Positions 27,801-38,800 of a stretch of 64,000 nucleotides of DNA are shown in pieces (positions within the stretch are counted from its first letter, which is position 1; each line of letters begins with the position of its first letter). The notes under the pieces are model-generated. The model did not search any database and was not told the origin of the DNA. It saw nothing but the letters and a program-made list of their open reading frames with translations. This DNA comes from Macrostomum lignano (taxonomy: Eukaryota). Both the position numbers and the translations under genes were made by a program. The stretch spans positions 1 through 64,000 of the forward strand of contig NIVC01002389.1 of the NCBI GenBank assembly GCA_002269645.1. The letters are read 5' to 3'.

Positions 27801-30800
27801 CAATGCAGTGTGTTTCCCCTCCCCAATGCAGTGTGTTTCCCCTCCCCAATGCAGTGTGTTTCCCCTCCCCAATGCAGTGTGTTTCCCCTCCCAATGCAGT
27901 GTGTTTCCCCTCCCCAATGCAGTGTGTTTCCCCTCCCCAATGCAGTGTGTTTCCCCTCCCCAATGCAGTGTGTTTCCCCTCCCCAATGCAGTGTGTTTCC
28001 CCTCCCCAATGCAGTGTGTTTCCCCTCCCCAATGCAGTGTGTTTCCCCTCCCCAATGCAGTGTGTTTCCCCTCCCCAATGCAGTGTGTTTCCCCTCCCCA
28101 ATGCAGTGTGTTTCCCCTCCCCAATGCAGTGTGTTTCCCCTCCCCAATGCAGTGTGTTTCCCCTCCCCAATGCAGTGTGTTTCCCCTCCCCAATGCAGTG
28201 CCACCTCCTCAATGCAGTGTGTTTCCCCTCCCTAATGCAGTGTGTTTCCCCTCCCCAATGCAGTGTGTTTCCCCTCCCCAATGCAGTGCCACCTCCCCAA
28301 TGCAGTGTGTTTCCCCTCCCCAATGCAGTGTGTTCCCCTCCCCAATGCAGTGTGTTTCCCCTCCCAATGCAGTGTGTTTCCCCTCCCCAATGCAGTGTGT
28401 TTCCCCTCCCCAATGCAGTGTGTTTCCCCTCCCCAATGCAGTGTGTTTCCCCTCCCCAATGCAGTGTGTTTCCCCTCCCAATGCAGTGTGTTTCCCCTCC
28501 CCAATGCAGTGTGTTTCCCCTCCCCAATGCAGTGTGTTTCCCCTCCCCAATGCAGTGTGTTTCCCCTCCCCAATGCAGTGTGTTTCCCCTCCCCAATGCA
28601 GTGTGTTTCCCCTCCCCAATGCAGTGTGTTTCCCCTCCCCAATGCAGTGTGTTTCCCCTCCCCAATGCAGTGCCACCTCCTCAATGCAGTGTGTTTCCCC
28701 TCCCTAATGCAGTGTGTTTCCCCTCCCCAATGCAGTGTGTTTCCCCTCCCCAATGCAGTGCCACCTCCCCAATGCAGTGTGTTTCCCCTCCCCAATGCAG
28801 TGTGTTCCCCTCCCAATGCAGTGTGTTTCCCCTCCCCAATGCAGTGTGTTTCCCCTCCCCAATGCAGTGTGTTTCCCCTCCCAATGCAGTGTGTTTCCCC
28901 TCCCCAATGCAGTGTGTTTCCCCTCCCCAATGCAGTGTGTTTCCCCTCCCCAATGCAGTGCCACCTCCCCAATGCAGTGTGTTTCCCCTCCCCAATGCAG
29001 TGTGTTTCCCCTCCCCAATGCAGTGTGTTTCCCCTCACCAATGCAGTGTGTTTCCCCTCCCCAATGCAGTGTGTTTCCCCTCCCCAATGCAGTGTGTTTC
29101 CCCTCCCCAATGCAGTGTGTTTCCCCTCCCAATGCAGTGTGTTTCCCCTCCCCAATGCAGTGTGTTTCCCCTCCCCAATGCAGTGTGTTTCCCCTCCCCA
29201 ATGCAGTGTGTTTCCCCTCCCCAATGCAGTGTGTTTCCCCTCCCCAATGCAGTGTGTTTCCCCTCCCCAATGCAGTGTGTTTCCCCTCCCCAATGCAGTG
29301 TGTTTCCCCTCCCCAATGCAGTGTGTTTCCCCTCCCCAATGCAGTGTGTTTCCCCTCCCCAATGCAGTGCCACCTCCCCAATGCAGTGTGTTTCCCCTCC
29401 CCAATGCAGTGTGTTTCCCCTCCCCAATGCAGTGTGTTTCCCCTCCCAATGCAGTGTGTTTCCCCTCCCCAATGCAGTGTGTTTCCCCTCCCCAATGCAG
29501 TGTGTTTCCCCTCCCCAATGCAGTGTGTTTCCCCTCCCAATGCAGTGTGTTTCCCCTCCCCAATGCAGTGTGTTTCCCCTCCCCAATGCAGTGTGTTTCC
29601 CCTCCCCAATGCAGTGTGTTTCCCCTCCCCAATGCAGTGTGTTTCCCCTCCCCAATGCAGTGTGTTTCCCCTCCCCAATGGTGTGTGTTTCCCCTCCCCA
29701 ATGGTGTGTGTTTCCCCTCCCCAATGCAGTGTGTTTCCCCTCCCCAATGCAGTGTGTTTCCCCTCCCCAATGCAGTGTGTTTCCCCTCCCCAATGCAGTG
29801 TGTTTCCCCTCCCCAATGCAGTGTGTTTCCCCTCCCCAATGCAGTGTGTTTCCCCTCCCCAATGCAGTGTGTTTCCCCTCCCCAATGGTGTGTGTTTCCC
29901 CTCCCCAATGCAGTGTGTTTCCCCTCCCCAATGCAGTGTGTTTCCCCTCCCCAATGCAGTGTGTTTCCCCTCCCCAATGCAGTGTGTTTCCCCTCCCCAA
30001 TGCAGTGTGTTTCCCCTCCCAATGCAGTGTGTTTCCCCTCCCCAATGCAGTGTGTTTCCCCTCCCCAATGCAGTGTGTTTCCCCTCCCCAATGCAGTGTG
30101 TTTCCCCTCCCAATGCAGTGTGTTTCCCCTCCCCAATGCAGTGTGTTTCCCCTCTCCAATGCAGTGTGTTTCCCCTCCCCAATGCAGTGTGTTTCCCCTC
30201 CCAATGCAGTGTGTTTCCCCTCCCCAATGCAGTGTGTTTCCCCTCCCCAATGCAGTGTGTTTCCCCTCCCCAATGCAGTGTGTTCCCCTCCCCAATGCAG
30301 TGTGTTTCCCCTCCCCAATGCAGTGTGTTTCCCCTCCCCAATGGTGTGTGTTTCCCCTCCCCAATGCAGTGTGTTTCCCCTCCCCAATGCAGTGTGTTTC
30401 CCCTCCCCAATGCAGTGTGTTTCCCCTCCCCAATGCAGTGTGTTTCCCCTCCCCAATGCAGTGTGTTTCCCCTCCCCAATGCAGTGTGTTTCCCCTCCCC
30501 AATGCAGTGTGTTTCCCCTCCCCAATGCAGTGTGTTTCCCCTCCCCAATGCAGTGTGTTTCCCCTCCCAATGCAGTGTGTTTCCCCTCCCCAATGCAGTG
30601 TGTTTCCCCTCCCCAATGCAGTGTGTTTCCCCTCCCCAATGCAGTGTGTTTCCCCTCCCAATGCAGTGTGTTTCCCCTCCCCAATGCAGTGTGTTTCCCC
30701 TCCCCAATGCAGTGTGTTTCCCCTCCCCAATGCAGTGTGTTTCCCCTCCCCAATGCAGTGTGTTTCCCCTCCCCAATGCAGTGTGTTTCCCCTCCCAATG

Positions 30801-31518
30801 CAGTGTGTTTCCCCTCCCCAATGCAGTGTGTTTCCCCTCCCCAATGCAGTGTGTTTCCCCTCCCCAATGCAGTGTGTTTCCCCTCCCCAATGCAGTGTGT
30901 TTCCCCTCCCCAATGCAGTGTGTTTCCCCTCCCCAATGCAGTGTGTTTCCCCTCCCCAATGCAGTGTGTTTCCCCTCCCCAATGCAGTGTGTTTCCCCTC
31001 CCCAATGCAGTGTGTTTCCCCTCCCCAATGCAGTGTGTTTCCCCTCCCCAATGCAGTGTGTTTCCCCTCCCCAATGCAGTGTGTTTCCCCTCCCCAATGC
31101 AGTGTGTTTCCCCTCCCCAATGCAGTGCCACCTCCTCAATGCAGTGTGTTTCCCCTCCCTAATGCAGTGTGTTTCCCCTCCCCAATGCAGTGTGTTTCCC
31201 CTCCCCAATGCAGTGCCACCTCCCCAATGCAGTGTGTTTCCCCTCCCCAATGCAGTGTGTTCCCCTCCCCAATGCAGTGTGTTTCCCCTCCCCAATGCAG
31301 TGTGTTTCCCCTCCCCAATGCAGTGTGTTTCCCCTCCCAATGCAGTGTGTTTCCCCTCCCCAATGCAGTGTGTTTCCCCTCCCCAATGCAGTGTGTTTCC
31401 CCTCCCCAATGCAGTGCCACCTCCTCAATGCAGTGTGTTTCCCCTCCCCAATGCAGTGCCACCTCCTCAATGCAGTGTGTTTCCCCTCCCTAATGCAGTG
31501 TGTTTCCCCTCCCCAATA
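24881..31518. repeat. 23-bp satellite in opposite orientation (TGTGTTTCCCCTCCCCAATGCAG)n, about 290 copies, truncated by the gap
   Basis: Same unit reverse-complemented; noisy near the gap; ends 11 nt before the RRP36 exon 2 acceptor. Confidence 0.99.
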
Positions 31519-31529
31519 CACTCCGGCAG

Positions 31530-31724
31530 GTGATGCAGGAGGTGCGCCGCGAGCAGGTGGAGCAGGCGGAGTGCAGCGGCCGGGTCAGCTACCTGTCCAG
31601 GGCGCAGCTGCGCGCCCGCCTGGAAGCCGCCAAAACTGCCAGCCTATCCGAGAAGGCGCGACAAAAACTGGAGAAGCGGAAAGCAGCTCGCGAGAAGAAG
31701 AGACGCCTGCCGCCGAAGTCGTGA
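31530..31724 (+). CDS. RRP36: RRP36-like, exon 2 (C-terminal 64 aa)
   Basis: Acceptor ccggcag|GTG in phase 0. VMQEVRREQVEQAECSGRVSYLSRAQLR...KRKAAREKKRRLPPKS resembles the RRP36 C-terminus (G-x-x-P/S-F/Y-L-K/S, basic tail ending in LP). AATAAA at 31797-31802. Confidence 0.75.
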   Translation: MMQEVRREQVEQAECSGRVSYLSRAQLRARLEAAKTASLSEKARQKLEKRKAAREKKRRLPPKS

Positions 31725-31899
31725 CCTCTGAGAGTCCGAGGCAGACTGGCGGGCATTTCAAGTTTAAATTTGCTTATTTATGTGTATAAACTGTTAAATA
31801 AATGCTTCAAATATTCAATTGAATCCACGGATGTACCTTTTATGTTTAATTATTTTTTAATATTTTCTGTTTCAACTTAGGATTTGTAAATATTCCTCA

Positions 31900-32460
31900 A
31901 TCAGTGGCCTGAAGGAGAAAAGAAGGAGGGGAGATGAAGCATGGAGGGAGAAAAGAGGGGAGGGAGGGAGAAAGGAGGGCATTGAGTGAGAAAAGGAGCA
32001 TTGAGGGAGAAAAGGAGGGCAGGTAGGGAGAAAAGGAGGGCAAGGAGGGAGAAAAGGAGGGCAGTGAGGGAGAAAAGGAGGGCAGGGAGGGAGAAAAGGA
32101 GCATTGAGTGAGAAAAGGAGCAGGGAGTGAGAAAAGGAGAGCAAGGAGGGAGAAAGGAGGGCAAGGAGGGAGAAAGGAGGGCAGGGAGGGAGGAAAGGAG
32201 GGCAGGAAGGGAGAAAAGGAGGGCAGGGAGGGAGAAAAGGAGGGCAGGGAGGGAGAAAAGGAGGGCAGGGAGGGAGGAAAGGAGGGCAGGAAGGGAGAAA
32301 AGGAGGGCAGGGAGGGAGAAAAGGAGGGCAGGGAGGGAGAAAAGGAGGGCAGGTAGGGAGAAAAGGAGGGCAGGGAGGGAGAAAAGGAGGGCAAGGAGGG
32401 AGAATGGAGGGCAGGGAGGGAGAAAAGGAGGGCAGGGAGGGAGAAAGGAGGGCAGGGAGT
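31900..32460. repeat. 21-bp G/A-rich minisatellite between RRP36 and TMCO4
   Basis: gggagggagaaaaggagggca units. Confidence 0.9.
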
Positions 32461-32844
32461 GACGGAGATAGCTGAGGCGCAGGTATCGAGCCGCAGCGGA
32501 CAGGGAGAGAGTGGGCAGTGCTGAGTAATTTATGCTCACTTAGGCTCGCCCGAGCACTGCAGATCTACACCCCTCCCCTCAGTCAGTTTGCTTGGCTATC
32601 TTATCAAACTCTGGCGCGTGGCAGCGCTCTGAGACATGAATAATTTGTGTTCTGTTTCTGTTTTATCGGCATTTCATTTTCAAAACAAACCACTATTGAG
32701 GAAATTTTCCACCACTTGTGCTCATGATTGCAAAGCCAATCCAATCTGCCTGTCAATTTCTCCACCGGAGCGTTTGAACGGCAGTCTAAACTAATCTCTA
32801 CTCATTTTCTTGGATTTTATAAATTTCAATAGTCTGCAAAAGCA

Positions 32845-35800
32845 ATGTTTAAAAAGAAACCCGCCGCAAGCAAGCCGGCTGCCGCAGGAGCAGCAGCAGA
32901 CGAGGCAAAGCAGAAGCTGCAAGCAGAGCCCGGGGCTGAGGCGACAGCCCGGCTCAACAATAACAACAGCGGCATGCTCTCTGATGCCGGCATCTTTGCC
33001 TACTGCTCTCTCACTGCTACCGCTCTGGCCCAGCTGTACCCAGAGGACTGGCACAAGTGAGCTCTCTGGTTCCCAGGGGCTGGGGTCTTTCTGCTGGTCT
33101 CTGCTTCTAGCCCTGAAGTGAGAACATCTCGTGTCTTCTATCTCCTTTCTGCACCTTAATCTCTTTACCCTCCCCTTCATCTCTTCACCCTGCCTCTTCA
33201 TCTCTTCACCCTGCCCCTTCATCTCTTCACCCTGCCTCTTCATCTCTTCACCCTGCCCCTTCATCTCTTCACCCTGCCCCTTCATCTCTTCACCCTGCCC
33301 CTTCATCTCTTCACCCTGCCCCTTCATCTCTTCACCCTGCCCCTTCATCTCTTCACCCTGCCCCTTCATCTCTTAACCCTGCCCCTTCATCTCTTCACCC
33401 TGCCCCTTCATCTCTTCACCCTGCCTCTTCATCTCTTCACCCTGCCCCTTCATCTCTTCACCCTGCCCCTTCATCTCTTCACCCTCCCCTTCATCTCTTC
33501 ACCCTGCCTCTTCATCTCTTCACCCTGCCCCTTCATCTCTTCACCCTGCCCCTTCATCTCTTCACCCTGCCCCTTCATCTCTTCACCCTCTCCTCTTTAT
33601 CTCACCCTTCTTCCTCTTTATATCACCCTTCTTCCTCTTTATCTCAGTCTTCTTACCCTTCATCTCCCCCTTCTCCCTTCCTTCTTCCCTTCTTTCCCCT
33701 TGCTCAAGTTTCAAATATTTCCATCCAACTCCAAATTTGTTTCCCTAAATCTCACTATTCTTTACTGAAAGGGCCTGTCAACTTAAGCTCATGAAGTGGA
33801 GTCCCTAATTATCCCCTTGTTTGTTCTCCTCTATCCCAAGTCCAATTTTCATCGCTTATTCACGAAACCCAGCTTCCTGGGTGTCACTGAGCAGAATGAC
33901 GTATCATTTGTATACATAGGTTACTCGGGCTCCTCTTTATGAGCTAAGTTGACAGGCCCTCTCAGCCTACTCCCCACTCTCACCCTCACCCGCTAGCCTC
34001 CACCCGCCTCTCCGCTCTGACCCCCGCCCACCACCCGCCTCCCCGCTTTGACCCCCGCCCACCGCCCGCCTCGCCGCTCTGACCCCCGCCCACCACCCGC
34101 CTCCCCGCTCTGACCCCCGCCCACCACCCGCCTGTCCACAGGGAATTCCGCGAGAAGTTCCTGGCCGACGTGCTCCACAAGCGGCCGGATTCGATTCGCA
34201 ACTCGGCCACCGCCATCCTTCGGCACGGCCAGGCCGACTGTTCCATGCTGCCGTTCGCCGAGGCGCTGCTGACCGAGGAGTCCGTCCGCGCCTGCCCGGA
34301 GATGGTGCTGCAGGACCTCCTGCTCGTCGCACTGCGCGAAGGCTGCTACGACGCCAGGGCTCGCTACCTGCTGAAGCACGTGGCCTTCGCCATGCGGATC
34401 AGCTGGGCCTCGCTGGAGGAGTGGGAGCTCAAAACTGCCGCGCTGTTAAACGATCCGGCCAGCGAGGCCGAGGTGGTGGACGAGGCGATGAAGAGGAACA
34501 GGTGATGCTGCAGATCTTGTTACGTAACTTGGATCGCGCTAGGCGCGAATGAGTGCTCGTAGCTACCGTTATTATTATTATTGAGACAGTCGGTGGCGCC
34601 ACATTGATACAGTCAGTGGCGTCAACTTATTGAGACAGTCGGTGGCGCCACAATATTAAGAGAGTCGGCGCCACATTATTGAGAGAGTTGGCGCCACATT
34701 GAGACAGTCGGTGGCGCCATATTATTGAGACAGTCAGTTGCACCACAATATTGAGACAGTCGGTGGCGCCACATCATTGAGAGAGTCGTTGGCGCCACAA
34801 TATTGAGACATTCAGTGGCGCCACAATATTGAGAGAGTCGGTGGCGTCACGTTATTGAGAGAGTCGGTGGCGCCACATCATTGAGAAAGTCGGTGGCGCC
34901 ACGTTATTGAGAAAGTCGGTGGCGCCACATCATTGAGAAAGTCAATGGCGCCACATTATTGAGAGAGTCGGTGGCGCCACATCATTGAGAGAGTCGGTGG
35001 CGCCACATCATTGAGAGAGTCGGTGGCGCCACATCATTGAGAAAGGCAGTGGCGCCACAATATTGAGAGAGTCGGTGGCGCCACATCATTGAGAGAGTCG
35101 GTGGCGCCACATCATTGAGAAAGCCAGTGGCGCCACATCATTGAGAAAGGCAGTGGCGCCACGTTATTGAGAGAGTCGGTGGCGCCACACTATTGCGAGT
35201 CCGTGGCGCCAAATATTGAGACAGTCAGTGGCGCCACAATATTGAGACAGTCAGTGGCGCCACAATATTGAGACAGTCAGTGGCGCCACAATATTGAGAC
35301 AGTCAGTGGCGCCACAATATTGAGACAGTCAGTGGCGCCACAATATTGAGAGAGTCGGTGGAGCCACATCATTGAGAGAGTCGGTGGCGCCACGTTATTG
35401 AGAGAGTCAGTGGCGCCACATCATTTAGAAAGGCAGTGGCGCCACAATATTGAGAGAGTCAGTGGCACCAACTTATCGAGACAGTCAATGGCGCCACAAT
35501 ATTGAGACAGTCAGTGGCGCCACAATATTGAGAAAGTCAGTGGCGCCACAATATTGAAACAGTGGCGCCACAATATTGAGAGAGTCAGTGGCACCAACTT
35601 ATCGAGACAGTCAATGGCGCCACAATATTGAGACAGTCAGTGGCGCCACAATATTGAAACAGTCAGTGGCGCCACAATATTGAGAGAGTCAGTGGCACCA
35701 ACTTATCGAGACAGTCAATGGCGCCACAATATTGAGACAGTCAGTGGCGCCACAATATTGAGAAAGTCAGTGGCGCCACAATATTGAGACAGTCAGTGGC

Positions 35801-38800
35801 GCCACAATATTGAGAGAGTCAGTGGCACCAACTTATCGAGACAGTCAATGGCGCCACACTATTGCGAGTCCGTGGCGCCACAATATTGAGAGAGTCAGTG
35901 GCACCAACTTATCGAGACAGTCAATGGCGCCACACTATTGCGAGTCCGTGGCGCCACAATATTGAGAGAGTCAGTGGCACCAAATCCAATATCGTTGATG
36001 GCAACCGCGCATCTGCAGGCGCCGCAAGGTGAACCGCGCCTTCTTAATCGGTGCCAGCGCCGTCGGCGGCGGCCTGCTGATCGGCCTGACGGGCGGACTG
36101 GCTGCCCCGCTGGTGGCCGCCGGCGCCGGCGTCATCATCGGCGGGGCGGGCGCCGCTGCCATCGGCACCGCGGCAGGCGCGGCCGTCCTCGGCTCCGTGT
36201 TCGGCGTGGCGGGCGCCGGCCTGACGGGCTGGAAGATGCGCAAGCGCGTGGGTAGCTTGGCGCAGTTCCAGTTTGTCCAGCTGACCCCGCCGCCTACTCC
36301 GCAGCTGCACCTGTGCATCGCAGTGTCGGGCTGGATTGATCAGGGCGACCTGGACTTCCTGCTGCCCTGGCAGTCCCTGGCTATGAGCCCCGAGCAGTAC
36401 GCGCTCTGCTGGGAGTCGCGCTACCTCAAGGAGATGGGCCAAGCGTTGGACTACTTTATGTCCTATCTGAAGTCCTTCGCTATCCAGGTGAGCTCTTCTT
36501 GCTTTACCAATCTCGTGTCCCCTCCCTAACAATCTCGTGTCCCCTCCCTAACAATCTCGTGTCCCTCCCTAACAATCTCGTGTCCCCTCCCTAACAATCT
36601 CATGTCCCCTCCCTAACAATCTCGTGTCCCCTCCCTAACAATCTCGTGTCCCCTCCCTAACAATCTCGTGTCCCCTCCCTAACAATCTCGTGTCCCTCCC
36701 TAACAATCTCGTGTCCCTCCCTAACAATCTCATGTCCCCTCCCTAACAATCTCATGTCCCCTCCCTAAAAATCTCGTGTCCCTCCCTAACAATCTCGTGT
36801 CCCTCCCTAACAATCTCGTGTCCCCTCCCTAACAATCTCATGTCCCCTCCCTAACAATCTCATGTCCCCTCCCTAACAATCTCATGTCCCCTCCCTAACA
36901 ATCTCATGTCCCCTCCCCATTAATCTCATGCCCCCTCCCCATTAATCTCATGCCCCCTCCCTACTAATCTCATGTCCCCTCCCCATTAATCCCATGCCCC
37001 CTCCCCATTAATCTCATGCCCCCTCCCTACTAATCTCATGTCCCCTCCCTAACAATCTCATGTCCCCTCCCTAACAATCTCATGTCCCCTCCCTAACAAT
37101 CTCGTGTCCCCTCCCCATTAATCTCATGCCCCCTCCCTAACAATCTCATGTCCCCTCCCCATTAATCTCATGCCCCCTCCCATTAATCTCATGCCCCCTC
37201 CCTACTAATCTCATGTCCCCTCCCTAACAATCTCATGTCCCCTCCCCATTAATCTCATGCCCCCTCCCTAACAATCTCATGTCCCCTCCCCATTAATCTC
37301 ATGCCCCCTCCCCATTAATCTCATGCCCCCTCCCTACTAATCTCATGTCCCCTCCCTAACAATCTCATGTCCCCTCCCCATTAATCTCATGCCCCCTCCC
37401 TAACAAGCTCATGCCCCCTCCCCATTAATCTCATGCCCCCTCCCCATTAATCTCATGCCCCCTCCCTACTAATCTCATGTCCCCTCCCTAACAATCTCAT
37501 GTCCCCTCCCTATCAATCTCATGTCCCCTCCCCATTAATCTCATGCCCCCTCCCTAACAATCTCATGTCCCCTCCCTAACAATCTCATGTCCCCTCCCCA
37601 TTAATCTCATGCCCCCTCCCTAACAATCTCATGTCCCCTCCCCATTAATCTCATGCCCCCTCCCCATTAATCTCATGCCCCCTCCCTACTAATCTCATGT
37701 CCCCTCCCTAACAATCTCATGTCCCCTCCCTAACAATCTCATGTCCCCTTCCCATTAATCTCATGCCCCCTCCCTAACAAGCTCATGCCCCCTCCCCATT
37801 AATCTCATGCCCCCTCCCCATTAATCTCATGCCCCCTCCCTACTAATCTCATGTCCCCTCCTCACCAATCTCATGTCCCCTCCCCATAATCTCATGTCCC
37901 CTTCCCATTAATCTCATGTCCCCTCCCTACTAATCTCATGTCCCCTCCTCACCAATCTCATTTCCCCTTCCCATTAATCTCATGCCCCCTCCCCATTAAT
38001 CTCATGCCCCCTCCCCATTAATCTCATGCCCCCTCCCCATTAATCTCATGCCCCCTCCCCATTAATCTCATGTCCCCTCCCCGCCAATCTCATGTCCCTT
38101 CCTCACCAATCTCATGTCCCTTCCTGACCAATCTCATGTCCCTTCCTCACCAATCTCATGTCCCTTCCTGACCAATCTCATGTCCCTTCCTGACCAATCT
38201 CATGTCCTCTCGCCACCCCATGAACACCCGCAGGAAACGCTGAAGCTGACGGTGCTGTCGGGCCTGCTAGCGGCGATCACCTGGCCAGCCGCGGTACTGT
38301 CCGCCTCCAACGTAATCGACAACCCTTGGTCCGTGTGCGGCAACAGGGCTGTGGAAGGCGGCAAGGTGCTGGCCGACGTGCTGCTGAGCCGGGAGTACGG
38401 CCAGCGGCCGGTCACCCTGATCGGCTTCAGCATGGGCGCCAAGCTGATCTTCAGCTGCCTGCAGGAGCTGGCGAGTAGGAAGAAGGGTGAGAGTCTCGGA
38501 GTGGCTGGCTGTATGTGTTGCCTGGCAGGGGGTTAATCGATTGGTTTAATAACTGGTTAAATTGATTGAGTGCACTATTTATTTGTTGATAGACTCACTA
38601 CTCGATTGATTGATTGATGCGTCGGTTTATTGATTTGTTTTTTTTAGTTTGTTTGTTGATTAACTGTCTACGGGTACTTGATTGATCGATTTATTGATTA
38701 ACCTGCTGATTTATTGATTGACAGGTTCATTCGTTGACTGATTGATTGGTGACTGATTAATCAGTTGGTGACTGGTGACTGACTGATTAGTGATTGATTG

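Larger units (their letters stand above)
1..34891. other. Giant inverted duplication: left arm 1-22070, right arm 24881-34891, unique centre 22071-24230 plus gap
   Basis: Bases 1-2878 are the reverse complement of about 34891-31981 (TMCO4 exons 1-2, intronic repeats, upstream region). The 23-bp satellite is G-rich on plus in the left arm and C-rich on plus in the right arm. Confidence 0.95.

Noticed and set aside
2879-31518. CRISPR array or telomere interpretation of the satellite
   Set aside because: No unique spacers and no cas genes, in a eukaryotic context; the unit is not a telomeric motif and the array is flanked by exons.
24150-31789. Long ORFs over the second satellite arm and the N gap
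   Set aside because: Same repeat artefact; several run through Ns.
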